From: the human T2T-CHM13v2.0 reference genome, Homo sapiens
Assembly: GCF_009914755.1 (NCBI RefSeq)
Contig: NC_060947.1
Length of the DNA: 64,000 nucleotides
Strand: one strand, 5' to 3'
Shown one piece after another: positions 38,871-53,339 of the stretch (its first letter is position 1; each line of letters begins with the position of its first letter). Below the pieces are notes generated by a model. That model ran no database searches. It was not told the DNA's origin and was given only the letters and a program-made list of their open reading frames with translations. The position numbers were made by a program, and so were the translations under genes.

Positions 38871-39625
38871 GATAATGTGGGCCTTTCCACTCGAAAAGGG
38901 GCCCATGTGAAATCTTGAGATTCTTTAGAATCTGACCAGCTGTATTGCACCACCAGTGCAGAGCCCAGATGGGGATATGGTTGCTTTTTACCCAGTGGGC
39001 AGAATTAGTGCATTACCGCAGATACAGCTACACCTAGTTCCAAAAGACTTGTCAGATGTCAAACCTCATGAGACTCTCAGCCTGAACTTAGTCTTGATTC
39101 TGGTTCTGCTAGGGTGTAACTTCAGTTAAACAGCCTGAAGAGCAAAAGAGCAACAATTCTGTCTGTATTCTTATTGGCAAAACACCCCAAACTAATAGCA
39201 TGATTTTAGCAGCTTTGAGAGGCCTTTGGGGGCAATTACTAGGACACATAATGGAAAGATCAAACACCTGTTGCTGGGATTAAATGCTTTCCCTTAGCCC
39301 TGTGTAGAGCTGTTGATGGGTTGATGGGGACCCAACAAGGGGAAGCTTTCTGTAGAAGAGCTGGAGGCCAGCACATCTGAGCCTTCTTGAAGTAGGAATG
39401 CAGGGTGGCAGGTGTGGCAAAAAAGATAAGGAAGTCCCTAACTCCTGGCATCCCAGCATCCTATATGCAGAATGGGAAGGCCCTCAGATTCCACCTCATC
39501 TGCCTCCCCATTGTTCTAGTAATGACGCTAAGGCTTGGATATGGAGCAAAGATTGGTCAGAAGCCAAACATCCAGTCAGGGATGAAATCAGGTTGGGCTC
39601 CAGTTTAGATTCCTGGCTTGATGTT

Positions 39626-40243
39626 TGTGATGGTTAGTTTTGTGTGTCAACTTGACTGGGCCACAAAATGCCCAAATATTGGGTTAAACTTTTTTTTTTC
39701 TGGGCGTGTGTGTGAGGGTGTTTCTGAAAGAGATTAACATTTAAAGTAGTGCATTAAGTAAAGCAGATGGCCATCCCCAATGAGGGTCGGCATGATCTAA
39801 TCTATTTATGGTCCAAATAGAGCCAAAAGGCAGAGGAAGGTTTAATTTGCTCTCTGCCTGACTGCTTGAGTGGGGATATTCATTTCTCCTGCCCTCAGTG
39901 CTCCTGATTCTCAGGTCTTCAGATCCAGGCTGGAATTCACACCATCGGCTTTCCAGATATCAGGCTTTTGAGCCAAACCACCAGCGTTCCTGAGTCTATA
40001 GCTTGCAGACAGATCGTGGGACTTCTCAGCTTCTATAATGGTGTAAGCCAATACTTCATGATAAATCTCTCTCTCTCTCATTCCTCTCTTCTATCTCTCC
40101 TCTTTCTCTGTCTCCTCTCTTCTCTTTCTCTCTCTCTCTCCATATATATGTGTGTGTGCGTGTGTGTGTGTGTGTGCGTGTGCATGCATCTGGGTTGAAT
40201 CTTCCACTATACCCAATCTGTTGGGACTGGTTCAGAACTAACA
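39626..40243 (+). mobile_element. ERVL solo LTR, MLT2B-type, with an internal (CT)n/(TG)n microsatellite at about 40066-40185
   Basis: 'tgtgatggttagttttgtgtgtcaacttgactgggccac...gagattaacatt...gcttgcagacagatcgtgggacttctcagc'. Confidence 0.88.
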
Positions 40244-42164
40244 GCCATGGGCCCACAAGCTTAATTTCAAGATGTCAGGCTTTCACATCACTGGCCCTGG
40301 GCCTATAGAGAGTGGAGACAGGGGAAGAAGCCTATGTAGTATTTTGTTGAGAACGATTCTACAAGGAATTCGGGCTGCTGGGCCTCAGCAGATGGGACTT
40401 TTTTTTCCCCAAGAGACTGCTCAGAGCCACCTCTTCCCCATGGGTGAGACATTACCAGCACAGAGGTTTGCATGCAGTCCAGTGTTCTACTTTATTAACC
40501 ACCAGTGACACTCAACAGAAAACCTATTTTAAACCAGTTTTCTCTATGCTTTCCAGCCTCTGAAATCATCATCTACACTTTTTTTCTTTGCTCTAGTTCT
40601 TTTTGTCACAGAAACTTTCACTGTAAGGTGCTCTTTCCCCAAAGTGGGGAGCCTGGCAGGAAGGCTTCTTTCAGTCTGCAGGGTGTAATTACAGTGAGAG
40701 GAGCAGTGCCATAGGCACCTCTGTCTCCCATTTGCAGACAGATGGATGCTGTTCTCCCCCTTCCTTTTGGTCCCCTCTAGTTAATCCAGACCTCAGGATT
40801 TGTGTTACTTTTCAGGAATCCTCCCACAAGCACTAGCACAGAGCTAAATGCTCAGAAGAAACTGAAACATGAACCCTCCATACATGCCCAAAAGGGAAGC
40901 TGGAGAGCTAGGGTAGCATTAGTGAGAAAAGGAAGGGGACACCTGTAACTTTGGCAAGGCCTTGCTGAGTACCTTTAGTAAGTCCTTCTCATTCATTTTA
41001 GGGGAGCAGAGAAATGTGGGGAGGTGGCCAGTGGATAGAAACCTTTGGGAGAGACTAAGGCTGGTTCAACGCCAGGGCACTGGCTCAGATGGTCAGTGAC
41101 CGGCAGCAAGCACAGTCAAAGGAACAACCCAAATAACTTACTTCCAATGTGCCTGGTCTGCACTTCTAAAATTTTCCAGTGAAGATGGGACCACAGAGAT
41201 GGCATCTAAGATGGCTGGCCCAGAGTAGGCTCTGTGGAAATGATAGGAGAATTAATGATTCCAGATGGATAGGACATGGAGTATGGATGATCATTTTCAT
41301 TTAATTTTCTCTAATTTGCTTTTCCAGGTATTTCTACTGCATTTCATTTTCTGTATTAATTTTTTTATGGAATCCCGGTTTATGAGCATTTAACAATGTC
41401 CAGGGCATAATAAGCATCAAATTATCAGCTGATATTATTATTAATCAGCATTTCAAGTCTTGTTAATACCCTGCAGGTGTCTTCAGTCTCCAAATAGGTC
41501 TTCTTTGTGGAAGGAGGAGTTAAATGAAGACCTGGTGCTCCAGGCTGCTAAGCCTCTGGGGTGGCCTCAGTCCTATCAGTACCCAGATCCTAGCAGCACC
41601 TTGCTTGCCCAAGAACAGCAGCCCAATCCTTAGTAGGCCTACAGAGGTTGGAGGAGAAGAAACAGGGAGCTCAGTACTCAGTGGCAGCAGGGACATAGCA
41701 CAAGCGCACTGCCCTGCCAAGTGCAAAACTCATCCTGGCTGCAGGCACTCTCTGGCACTCAGCCCACAACCTGGGCAAGGACGAGAAATCATGTCTTCAG
41801 AGGGGCAGTAACTTGTCCAGGGTGCCACAGCAAGAGATGGCAGAGCAGAAGTAAAAGCCAAGGCTGCAGCCTTGACCATGTCTGGTGACCTCTGCTTCCT
41901 AGCTTCACATTCTTGGGAGTCATATTTAAGACTTTTCTGGGAAAGGATGATAATCTTTTCCCCATCCTCTCTCACTCCTAGGCAAATAAAAGAACTTGCA
42001 AAAGCGAAGATCATCAGAAAAAAAGCATAAAAGTGTCTCTTTCTACTGATAGCATCTCTCCCAGCCTGCTCAGCCATTCACGTGACTTAGCAGGGCTCAG
42101 GTTTGAGCATGTCCTATTCACCTCTCACTGAGAAGCACAGAGCAGAGAGAGGGCTTTTCACCTC

Positions 42165-42590
42165 AGCTGCCTGCCTCCGCTTCTGCCCTCTACAATCTAA
42201 TCTCCACACAGCTGCTAAAGTGATTTTTTAAAAAACACAAGTCAGATCATGTTACTTCTGTGCTTACAGTCCTCAGTGACCCCCATCTCATCCAGAGCAG
42301 ATACCCAAACTTTTATCGTGGCCCCAAAGACCCTCCATGCTATGGACCTCACTGTCTTGCTGGCCTCCCCTCTCCTGTCACTGTCCCTCCTGGACACTCC
42401 TTTCCCACAACCCCAGCCTCCTTGCTGTCCCTCAATCTCAGGAAGAACAAGGACCTCACACTTGCAGTTCACTCCACCTGAGACATTCTCCCTGCAGACG
42501 TCAGCAGAGCACACTCCCTCACTTTCCTTGAGTTCTGTTCAAGTGACACCTTCTTAACGAGACCTTTCTCGAATGCCAAATTGAAAGTAA
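42165..42590 (+). mobile_element. L2 fragment
   Basis: 'tctccacacagctgctaaagtgattttttaaaaaacacaagtcagatcatgttacttctgtgc'. Confidence 0.75.
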
Positions 42591-42595
42591 CTTCC

Positions 42596-42742
42596 TTGGG
42601 ATGCAGTGAAAAGGAAATCCTTATACACTGTTGGTGGAAGTGTAAATTACTACAACCATTAAGGAAAACAGTATGGAGATTGCCCAAAAAACTTAAAATA
42701 GAACTGCCATATGATCAAGCAATCGACTGCTGGATATATACC
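42596..42742 (+). mobile_element. L1 ORF2 C-terminal fragment
   Basis: ORF 42581 reads [33 protein letters not shown]. Confidence 0.8.
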
Positions 42743-42943
42743 TGTGAAAGGAAAATATCTTGGGCCCCCAAAATCAGTAAGCTAAAGGGGAAAGTCAAGC
42801 TGGGAACTGTGTAAGGCAAACCTGCCTCCCATCCTGTTCAAAGTTACCCCTCTGCTCACTGAGATAAATGCATATCTGATTGTCTCATTTGGAGAGGTTA
42901 ATCAGAAACTCAAAATAATGCAACCATTTGTTTCTTTTCTACC
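42743..42943 (+). mobile_element. ERV1 LTR, MER4A1-type, 5' part only
   Basis: 'tgtgaaaggaaaatatcttgggcccccaaaatcagtaagctaaaggggaaagtcaagctgggaactg...gagataaatgcatatctgattg'. Confidence 0.88.
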
Positions 42944-45242
42944 TGTATTCGTCTGTTTTCGTGCTGCTGATAAAGACAAACCTGAGACTGGGCAATTTAC
43001 AAAAGAGGTTTATAATGGACTTACAGTTCCACATGGCTGGGGAGGCCTCACAATCATGGCAGAAGACAAGGAGGAGCAAATCACATCTTATGTGGATGGA
43101 TGGCGGCAGGAAAAAAAGAAAGCTTGTGCAGAGAAGTTTCCATTTTTAAAACCATCAGATCTCATCAGACCCATTCACTATCAGGAGGACAGCACTGGAA
43201 AGACCCACCCCCATGATTCAATCATCTCCCACTGGGTCCCTCCCACAACACGTGGGAATTATGGGAGCTACGAGATGAGATTTCGGTGGGGACACAGAAC
43301 CAAGCCATATCGTTCCATCCCTGGCCCCTCCCAAATATCATATGTTCACATTTCAAAACCAGTCATGCCTTCTCACAGTCCCCCAAAGTCTCAACTCATT
43401 TCAGCATTAACTCAGAAGTTCACAGTCCAAAGTCTCTTCTGAGACAAGGCAAGTCCCTTCCACCTACGAGCTGGTAAAATCAAAAGCAAGTTAGTTACTT
43501 CCTAGATACAATGGGGGTACAGGCATTAGGTAAATACAGCCATTCCAAGTGGGAGAAATTGGCCAACATAAAGGGGCTACAGGCCCCAATGCAAGTCTGA
43601 AATCCAGCAGGGCAGTCAAACCTTAAAACTCCAAAACAATCTTCTTTGACTCCATGTCTCACATCCAGCTCACGCTGATGGAAGAAGTGGGTTCCCATGA
43701 TCTTGGGCGACTCCCACCTTGTGGCTTTTCAGGGTACAGCCTCCCTTGCGGCTGCCTTCACAAACTGGTGTTGAGTGTCTGCAGCTTTTCCAGTCTCATG
43801 CTGCAGGCTGTTGGAGGATCTACCATTCTGGGGTCTGGGACAATGGCCCTCTTCTCACAGCTCCACTAGGTGGTACTCCAGTAGGTACTCTGAGTGGGGA
43901 ATCCAACCCCACATTTCCCTTCTGCACTGCCTTAGCAGAGGTTCTCCATGAGGGCCCTGCCCCTGAAGCAAACTTCTACCTGGGCATCCAGGCGTTTCCA
44001 TACATCTTCTGACATCTAGGTGGAGGTTCCCATACCCTAATTCTTGACTTCTGTGCACTGCAAGCTCAACACCACATGGAAGCTGCCAAGACTTGGGGCT
44101 TGCACCCTCTAAAGCCATGGCCCGAGCTTTACAATGGCTCCTTTCAGGCACAGCTGGAACAGCTGGGACACAGGGAACCAAGTCCCTAGGATGCACACAG
44201 CACAGGGACAGTGGACCTGGCCCATGAAACCACTTTTTCCTTCTAGGCCTCCAAACCTGTGATGAAAGGGGCTGCCGTGAAGACCTCTGACATGCTGTAG
44301 AGACATTTTCCCCATTGTCTTGTGGATTAACATTCAGCTCCTCATTATGTATGCAAATTTCTGCAACCAGGTTGAATTTCTCCTCAGAAAATGGGATTTT
44401 CTTTTCTATCACATTGTCAGGCTGCAAAATTTCCAAATTTGTTATGCTCTGCTTCCCTTATAAAACTGAATGCCTTTAACAGCACCCAAGTCACATCTTC
44501 AATGCTTTGCTGCTTAGAAATTTCTTCCTCCAGATACACTAGAACATCTCTCTCAAGTTCAAAGTTCCACAAATCTCTAGGGCAGGGGCAAAAGGCCACC
44601 AGTCTCTTTGCTAAAACATAACAAGAGTCGTCTTTGCTCCGGTTCCCAACAAGTTCCTCATCTCCATCACAGACCACTTCAGCCTGGATTTTATTGTCCA
44701 TAGTGCTATCAGCATTTTGTGTAAAGCCATTCAATAAGTCCCTAGGAAGTTCCAAACTTTCCCACATTTTCCTGTCTTCTTCTGAGCCCTCCAAACTGTT
44801 CCAACCTCTGCCCGTTACCCAGTTCCAAAGTCACTTCCACATTTTCAGGACTCTTTTCAGCAGCACCCCACTCCACTAGTACCAATTTACAATGGTAGTC
44901 TGTTTTCACACTGCCGATACGGACATACCCAAGACTGGGAAGAAAAAGAGGTTTAATTGGACTTACAGTTCCACATGGCTGGAGAGGCCTCAGAATAATG
45001 GCAAGAGTTGAAAGGCACTTATTACATGGAGGCAGCAATAGAAAATGAGGAAGGAGCAACAGCAGAAACCTCTGATAAACCCGTCATAGCGCATGAGACT
45101 TACTCACTATTATGAGAATAGCATGTGAAAGACCGGCCCCCATGATTCAATTACCTCCCCCGGTCCCTCCCACACCACGGGGGAATTCTGGGAGATACAA
45201 TTCAAGTTGACATTTGGGTGGGGTCACAGCCAAACAATATCA
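42944..45242 (-). mobile_element. Complete THE1 MaLR: 3' LTR 42944-43312, internal 43313-44890, 5' LTR 44891-45242
   Basis: Both LTRs are recognisable, with a polypurine tract at 43313-43335. Decayed MaLR internal ORF at 44417-44794 (WESLELPRDLLNGF...CPCPRDLWNFELERD). Confidence 0.93.
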
Positions 45243-46703
45243 CGCCCCCCCAGAGACTCTGATCTCCTAAAATTTGATAGAGATCTAAAGTTTATTTTGC
45301 TGTACAACCCCTTTTCTTTGGAGTTGTTCTTGCTTCCAACATAAGGAATGCAAGCTTTTCCTGCTATCATGATGATGGAAGGCAGGAAACTCCTTAATGG
45401 AGTTTGAGCTCACTTCCAACAGGGAAGATGAGGTTTGTGTTTGTTCGTTGGTTTTTTTATTCCTGCTTCTAGGATGGTAGAGAGCAGTCTTCAGCCTGAG
45501 ACCCGTCCCTAGGTAAGTAACAGAATTTGAGTTTGTCTTGGCTAAAGTTAAGATTAACAACCCAGCTGGTCTTAGTTTCTCCTTACCATTAGAGTGCTCA
45601 ATAATCATAAAAGTTGTGCAATTGTTTGTTTTGCTTAACTTTTTTGTTGTTGTTGTTGTTGTTGTTGGTTTCTGTTTTTGTCGTTGTTTCAGTCTTTCTC
45701 CCACTGGGTTTCATCAACTCTATCCGGCTTGACCAAATCCAAAGGAAGTTCCAAATTATGGGGAACAAGGCCTCTGAAACGGCTAAATTCCCACACACAA
45801 AAAAAGTTGGTGTGGTGGGGGGGAGAAAAACGGCCAGAAAAAGGACAAAAAAAAGAAGAAAGTTTTTTTTTTTTTTCTACTAAAAGGCTTTGTTTACATA
45901 ACAAGGCCACCTTTTTGCTAACCAGGCCAAACTGAAAGAGCAATAGCTGTACTTCTGAAATTGCAGCAATTTGTCCTAGCTGAAATATGGTAATGAGATT
46001 TAAAAGGATTTTTTTAAGAGCTCAATGGTTAAAAGTCAGCTTAATTAAAAGCTAACATCCAAGATGTGTGTGTGTGTGTGTATGTGTGCATATGTGTGTG
46101 TTTGTATTTAAAAGACCTTCATGTTTTTGTTTTTGTTTTTGTTTTTAATCCTAGGACCTTGTCATTTTTTTGAGCATAAGTTTTTTTTCTTCTCAGTTGA
46201 CTGAATTATGTTTTCTCCATTTACTTCCGCTGTCTCTCGTTTCTCTTGCACCCTCTGCTGCACGGTGGACCTAAAATAATTTGTAACAGCCTGGGGTTCC
46301 TTAAAGAAAACAGAGAAGATACCACACCCCCTTTGGGGGAGAAACCAGTTTTGCCTTATGGAACCCCAAGAATGTAAACAGACAAGTTCGTCTTTGTTTA
46401 AAAAAAATTAAGTGCACTGTAAAAGCATCACATGGTCTAACTTAGTAATTCTCCCTTTTTGGAGACCCAGGATTCAGTGTGGGATCTGGCCAAAGCCCAG
46501 AGATCCAGTTAAAATATAGGTATTCCCTATCTAAATAAAATTGGTCTCCTTATTAAATCCTATGATAGATTTCCATAATTTTATGTTTGATTTGGTATCC
46601 ATCTTTAATCTCCCTCTGTCACTACTAGACATTTTTAACTCTGTGCCTTATGGTATAAATTTTGCTATTTGATTTTCACCTGAGTTGTTTGCTTTAATAT
46701 GCA

Positions 46704-47001
46704 TTTTTCGGTTTTGTTTTTTGAGACACAGTCTTGCTCTGTCGCCCAAGCTAGAGTGCGGTGGCACAATCTTGGCTCACTGCAACCTCCGCCTCCCAGT
46801 TAAAGCAATTCTCCTGCCTCAAACTCCTGAGTAGCTGGGATTACAGGCACCCACCACCACACCCAGCTAATTTTTGCATTTTCAGTAGAGACAGGGTTTC
46901 ACCATCTTGGCCAGGCTGGTCTCAAACTCCTGACCTCGTGATCCACCCACCTCAGCCTCCCAAAGTACTGGGATTACAGGTGTGAGCCACCACCCCCGGC
47001 C
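46704..47001 (-). mobile_element. AluS (Sg-like)
   Basis: Full-length dimer with 'tcctgacctcgtgatcc'. TSD taatatgca at 46695-46703 and 47002-47010. Confidence 0.93.
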
Positions 47002-48140
47002 TAATATGCAAATTTAAGACTATTTAGCTCACAACTGCCTAGGGTTCTGAAGTAGGTTATCCAGAATCTGAAAGTCTAAGATAGGAAAAAAAAAGATTTT
47101 TATAAATCTGTAAGTAGTACTTCTAATGACATGCCTAATATCTCTACGTATTTATGTGCTGTGTATGCTAAGTTTCACTACTGAAAATACATACAAGAGT
47201 TCTAATTAATGGGCTTAGGAAAATAAAAGTGCTTGAATCAAATACTTTATCAGGAAAAAAAAGAAAAGACTGGTCAAATGCTTTTTCAAGTTTAAGTAAC
47301 TTAACTAAAATCTTTAGTAAATAAGCTAGCTTTAAAATTATTGGCAATGTAGTATCAGAAATGTCTTGTCAGCATATATTTTTGTTTGCATTTATTTATC
47401 AAGCAATTTCATACTTATCACTGCCAAATACTATAAGGTGACAAAATTTGACACAGGGGTTACGAAACTATAAACCCAGCCCAAGATGGAATGATCTTTG
47501 CTTGTGTAATCTTTAATAAATAAGACATCGATATTGGTTCAATAAAAATAGCTACATCTTAAATTTAGTAAGATTACCATAATTTCTAATCTTGTGGTTT
47601 TAGGCAGTCTAGTCCACAGGGAGTAAGGTTTTTTGGGGAAAGAACTGTTATTGTCTTTGTCTCAAATCTAAACTACAAACTAAGTTCCTTCCAAAGTTAG
47701 GTTGACCTATGCCCAGGAATGAACAAGGACAGCTTGGAGGCTAGAAGCAAGAAGGAGTCAGTTAGATCAAATCTTTTTCACTGTCTCAGTTGTGATTTTG
47801 CAATGGAGTTTCCATAACTTTAAATAATGACAATTGCAGTTTTTATAAATAAGCTAGGTGAATGATTAAAATAAAATAATTAAGTAAATGTCATTGGATA
47901 AATATTATAGACACACGTGTCATAATTTAGAATCTAAGATAATATTAAATTAAATAATATATTTCATTATTTGGGCATTTTCCAATAAAAATATATTTGT
48001 AGGAAAAAATTCTTCCCAAAAAAATGTTTTTCCTTTTAAAAAAGATGAACAAGTTTTGTCTAAATCAAAGCTTATTTAAAGGTCACGTATAAAACAAGGT
48101 AACAGGAATCAGGAAATAAAAGAGATGCAAACAAAGTTAT

Positions 48141-49320
48141 ATCTTATACAAAAATTAATTCAAGATGGATTAAAGACTTAAATGTTAGACCCAAAACCAT
48201 AAAAACTTTAGAAGAAAACCTAGGCAATACCATTCAGGGCATAGGCATGGGCAAGGACTTCATGACTAAAACACCAAAAGTAATGGTAACAAAAGCCAAA
48301 ATAGACAAATGGGATCTAATTAAACTAAAGAGCTTCTGCATGGCAAAAGAAACTACCATCAGAGTGAACAGGCAACCTACAGAATGGGAGAAAATCTTTG
48401 CAATCTACCCATCTGACAAAGGGCTAATATCCAGAATCTACAAAGAACTTAAATAAATTTACAAGAAAAAAACAACACCATCAAAAAGTGGGCAAAGGAT
48501 ATGAACAGACACTTCTCAAAAGAAGACATTTATGCAGCCAAAAGACACGTGAAAAAATGCTCATCATCACTGGTCATCAGAGAAATGCAAATTAAAACCA
48601 CAATGAGGCACCATCTCACGCCAGTTAGAATGGCAATCATTAAAAAGTCAGGAAACAACAGATGCTGGAGAGGATGTGGAGAAATAGGAACACTTTTACA
48701 TTGTTGGTGGGAGGGTAAATTACTTCAACCATTGTGGAAGGCAGTGTGGCAATTCCTCAAGGATCTAGAACTAGAAATACCATTTGACCCAGAGACCCCA
48801 TTACTGGGTATATACCCAAAGGATTATAAATCATGCTAGTATAAAGGCACATGCACAGGTATGTTTATTGTGGCACTATTCACAATAGCAAAGACTTGGA
48901 ACCAACCCAAATGTCCATCAATGATAGACTGGATTAAGAAAATGTGGCACATATACACCATGGAATACTATGCAGCCATAAAACAGGATGAGTTCATGTC
49001 CTTTGCAGGGACATGGATGAAGCTGGAAACCATCATTCTCAGCAAACTATCACAAGGACAGAAAACCAAACATCACATGTTCCCACTCACAGGTGGGAAT
49101 TGAACAATGAGAACACTTGGACATAAGGTGGGTAACATCACACTGGGGCTTTTCAGGGAATGGGGAGCTATGGGAGGGATAGCATTAGGAGAAATACCTA
49201 ATGTAAATGACGGGTTGATGGGTGCAGCAAACAAACATGGCACATGTATACCTATGTAACAAACCTGCACGTTGTGCACATGTACCCTAGAACTTAAAGT
49301 ATAATTTAAAAAATAAATAA
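48141..49320 (+). mobile_element. 5'-truncated L1PA (about L1PA5-7), ORF2 C-terminus plus 3' UTR
   Basis: ORFs 48247, 48501 and 48861 are broken ORF2 ([38 protein letters not shown]). 3' UTR 'gcacatgtaccctagaacttaaagtataa'. Confidence 0.93.
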
Positions 49321-49833
49321 AGAGGTTTAATTTGGTAAGAAAGCTTAAATAGAAATAATTTCATATGAGAAGGAATCTTGCATGGTAAATTTAGTCCTAG
49401 AGTGAAATGAATGGTTCTTTAAGAAAGATGGATGCTCAGGACCAACCAGAAAGTCCAAGGATATCATGAACGGTCTGCATAAGCCACAATAGGATGATTT
49501 ATTAAAGAAACAAACAAAAAAACAACTTGTACATGACCAAGTAAATGGAAATTAGGATAGCCTTTCTAGAGATTGGGTTTGATGTTAAAAAAAAAAGCAC
49601 TTATGCACTAAAGAATTGGTCAGAGTAATGAAATTTTTAAGGGGTTGATTTTATTCTCAATAAATTATAAGAGATATCAAGTTTTTTTTATTTTAACCTC
49701 AAGTTTAAATTTTATTGCATCTCACTAGTTTTGGTTTTCTCTCCCCTTTTAAAGTTGCAAAACACTAACACTCCCCATCAACTCATCTTCAGCTCATATA
49801 AGTTTTTTATTTTTTCTTCCTCCTCAGGTTCTG

Positions 49834-49837
<4 letters not shown>

Positions 49838-49869
<32 letters not shown>
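49838..49869 (+). repeat. (TG)n dinucleotide microsatellite
   Basis: About 16 uninterrupted TG units. Confidence 0.9.
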
Positions 49870-49870
<1 letters not shown>

Positions 49871-50496
49871 CCTGATGCTACCAATGTTTTCTTAAAGGTC
49901 TACGGGAAATATTTTCTTCCAACATTATATTCTGTGCACTGCAGAATGTATTTTCTTTTGCCTTTTGGTAACTGGCCTAACAGATTTTACATTTTATTAA
50001 AACAATTCCTATGACATCATTATTAAGTTTGGTTTGCTTAGGAAGAACTAATATTTAAAAAAATTTTAATTGAGGTTATTACATCCTTGTATCTTCCTGT
50101 ATGTGCTTTTAAAGTGCTTGTGACATTGAGTTACAGGGCTTGGACTCCTGGGTATAAAAAGTACACCAAGACCTGCTAAACTTTAAACACTGACAGCAAT
50201 TGAATCCTCATCTTTAAGCCTGGTAGAAGCAAAATAAGCTGCCTTCATGAAACACAGGGCAACAAATTAAAGCTATCTTACCCTTCAAGGCCCAGGGACT
50301 ATCACAGAAGAGGTGGGTGTGTGAGATGGTAAGGGCTGATTTTGGGAGATAAAAAGTTCAGTTTCTCTATAAATTAAACATTAATGTCAAAGGCACACAG
50401 ATGCAAGACCAGCATATGGGCCCTGTGTCCGATTGACAAGGTTTTCTTGAAGCTTTAACTGACTCCTTAATGAAAGTTATAAAGGTTATAAAGTCT

Positions 50497-50927
<431 letters not shown>

Positions 50928-53339
50928 TTATGATTAAGATTAAAACTTTATACATTGTTTATAAAATTTTGGAAAACAAATTTAATTGGCTTTATGCTGT
51001 TTTTATCAGGGCTTACTGTTTGTAAAATTAAGTCTCCTCTCCCAAAAAATGAAGGTTTTTACCTTTTTAAAAAAAATCATTGAGTTATAACTTTGATTAA
51101 ATGAATGACTTATTTTACAATGACCTGTAATTCTATTTTGTAACATCAAGTAATATCAAGTGCTTTAAACCCTTGATATTTGACAAACTTTCCAAAATGA
51201 AATTATAAATTATATCTTTTTCTGACCTAATTAATCCTTTAAGATATTATTAATAGGTTCCCTAAAGTCCAAATAATAACATATTGGCTTATTTGGTATA
51301 GAAATTATACAGGAAGCATTGTCAAATATAATATGGTGTTTGGTTTTCTTTGGGCTGTATTTGTATAAATGTGTTATTGGTATGTGTTCCAAAATTATGG
51401 GAAACTCCTATAATTCTGATATGACTTACTGTACATTATCAGTAATAATTATAATTGTTATGTTAAATTATTGTGTGCCACAGAGATAACAAATTTCCTT
51501 GTTAATTGTGTCTTTGACTATGGCTTCCCTAAAACTTTTTGTCATCCAAGGACAATTGTTGTCTTGTTTCAGTCCTCTTTAGAAGGTGGTTTTATAATCA
51601 GCTATAAAATTCTAACAGGTGTTCTTGAATGCACGCTTCTGTTAACTTTGGAGATTGTGACGTCAAACTAGAGGAAAAACTTTCAGGACTGATGGAGAGT
51701 GGAAAAGTTTATGAATATCAAGCAGAATAGGAATTAACTGCATGTACTGAACTAATAGAACTGTGTTTTATCTTTTTGCTTAAAACGTTGCTGATCCTTT
51801 GTTTTGTTTTTCAGAGTCAAGAAACTTTCCTTTTAAGCTACTTACAGCTTTTAACAGTTGAGTAAAGTATACTCCTATGAACAAAATTTGGAACATATTT
51901 GTTTCTGTCTGCCTGATTTCTACAGAATTTGGAAACTATTTGTGAGGATTTATAACTTATGACAATATAGTTATTTGCAAAAGTGCAATAAGAATCTGTT
52001 TTCATTTGTAACAGGGCACAATTGGAGAAACTGGTTATTTTACCAATGCTTTGACTGAAATGGGGTGCTTTCCTTTAAGAAATCTAACTTGATTTATGGA
52101 GCCAATAAAATCCCCTTGGAAAAACTGGCCTCATACCTTTGTCTACACAGTCCTTGTACAGGTTTTCTGACGTATGGTAAGTAAAGAAGATCACTTTCTG
52201 ACAGGCCCAGAAGCCCCAAGTTTATCTTGGAACCTCAAGAGGAGAGGAATTCATTAAACTCATGGGTATTTCATGGTATAAATTCATGGCTGGGTATGGA
52301 TTTAAAAAGGTCTTATCTGAGATTCCTTCTGTGGAACAAAGTTCAATCAAAGCCAATTTAAAAGCCTATGTAAAAAATAACTATTCCTGCTGCACTGTGT
52401 ACAAATAATTAGGCCAAGTATAATAAAGCAAACCAGTCCTACCATGATTTGTCTTTAGTAAAAACGGGAAACTGGAGAAAGAAAAATTATGTTTCAAAAA
52501 CTATAGTACACCTGTTGTTAGATTCTAGTCTTGTCTGATGTTTTTTGATTTTTATTATTTCCTACAGTTTGGATCAAACTCTAATTTTTCTTGGCTATGA
52601 GTCTTCAAAATAATGTTTTCAATTTTTTCTTTCTTTTTTCCCCATTTTTCCTAATTTGGAGTAACTGGAAACTAAGCTGGGCATTCTTAAAGCCCTGTGA
52701 ACTGAAGCCAGACAACTTAAACTTTAGTAGAAAATAACAGCAACCCATTTACATAGACAAGCCACTTTCATACTGGCCTACTGATGTATGGACCTCAGAA
52801 GAATGTGGCCTATATTGATTTTCCAGGATTGTTCTTTTTTTGCTGTTGTTTTTCTCACTTCTTCCCCCTATTTTCTCTTCATAGGACATGAGACTTCACA
52901 ACCTTCTAAAAATGAGTGTTACTAATAACTCAGGACCTACCTGTTTTGGGTGGAGAGGAGACCCAAGGGGAAGGGTGGAAGGGTACCTGCAGGAGGTAGG
53001 GTACAGAGAAGAAGTTTATAGAGTGAACAAATTACTGCAATTTGGCCCAAAAAGCATTAGTCTAGGCCCTGTTCTGCCACCAACTTGCTGTGTGATTGAG
53101 CTCAGGCCAACCCTTTTCCCTGTTATGCACTGAGAAGCCTCCTCAGCTTTTACCATCCGTGGTTTAAGAATTCTTGCCCAAGTCAAAGCAGTAACATCTG
53201 GCAAGGTTCAAGGCAAGCAAAGAACAGACAGCCAAGAAGAGAAACAGAGAGCTCAGAGGCATAATACTCAAACATGCTAGGGCAGGTGTAGCTGCAGATC
53301 AGGTTAGTTTCCTTTTCAACATCTGTTTTAATAATGAAA

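Noticed and set aside
43495-45059. Dense cluster of long overlapping ORFs up to 193 aa, similar to 53618-54952
   Set aside because: These are decayed THE1 internal ORF frames, which is ordinary MaLR sequence.
48247-49103. Three consecutive ORFs resembling an operon
   Set aside because: They are broken pieces of one L1PA ORF2 C-terminus.
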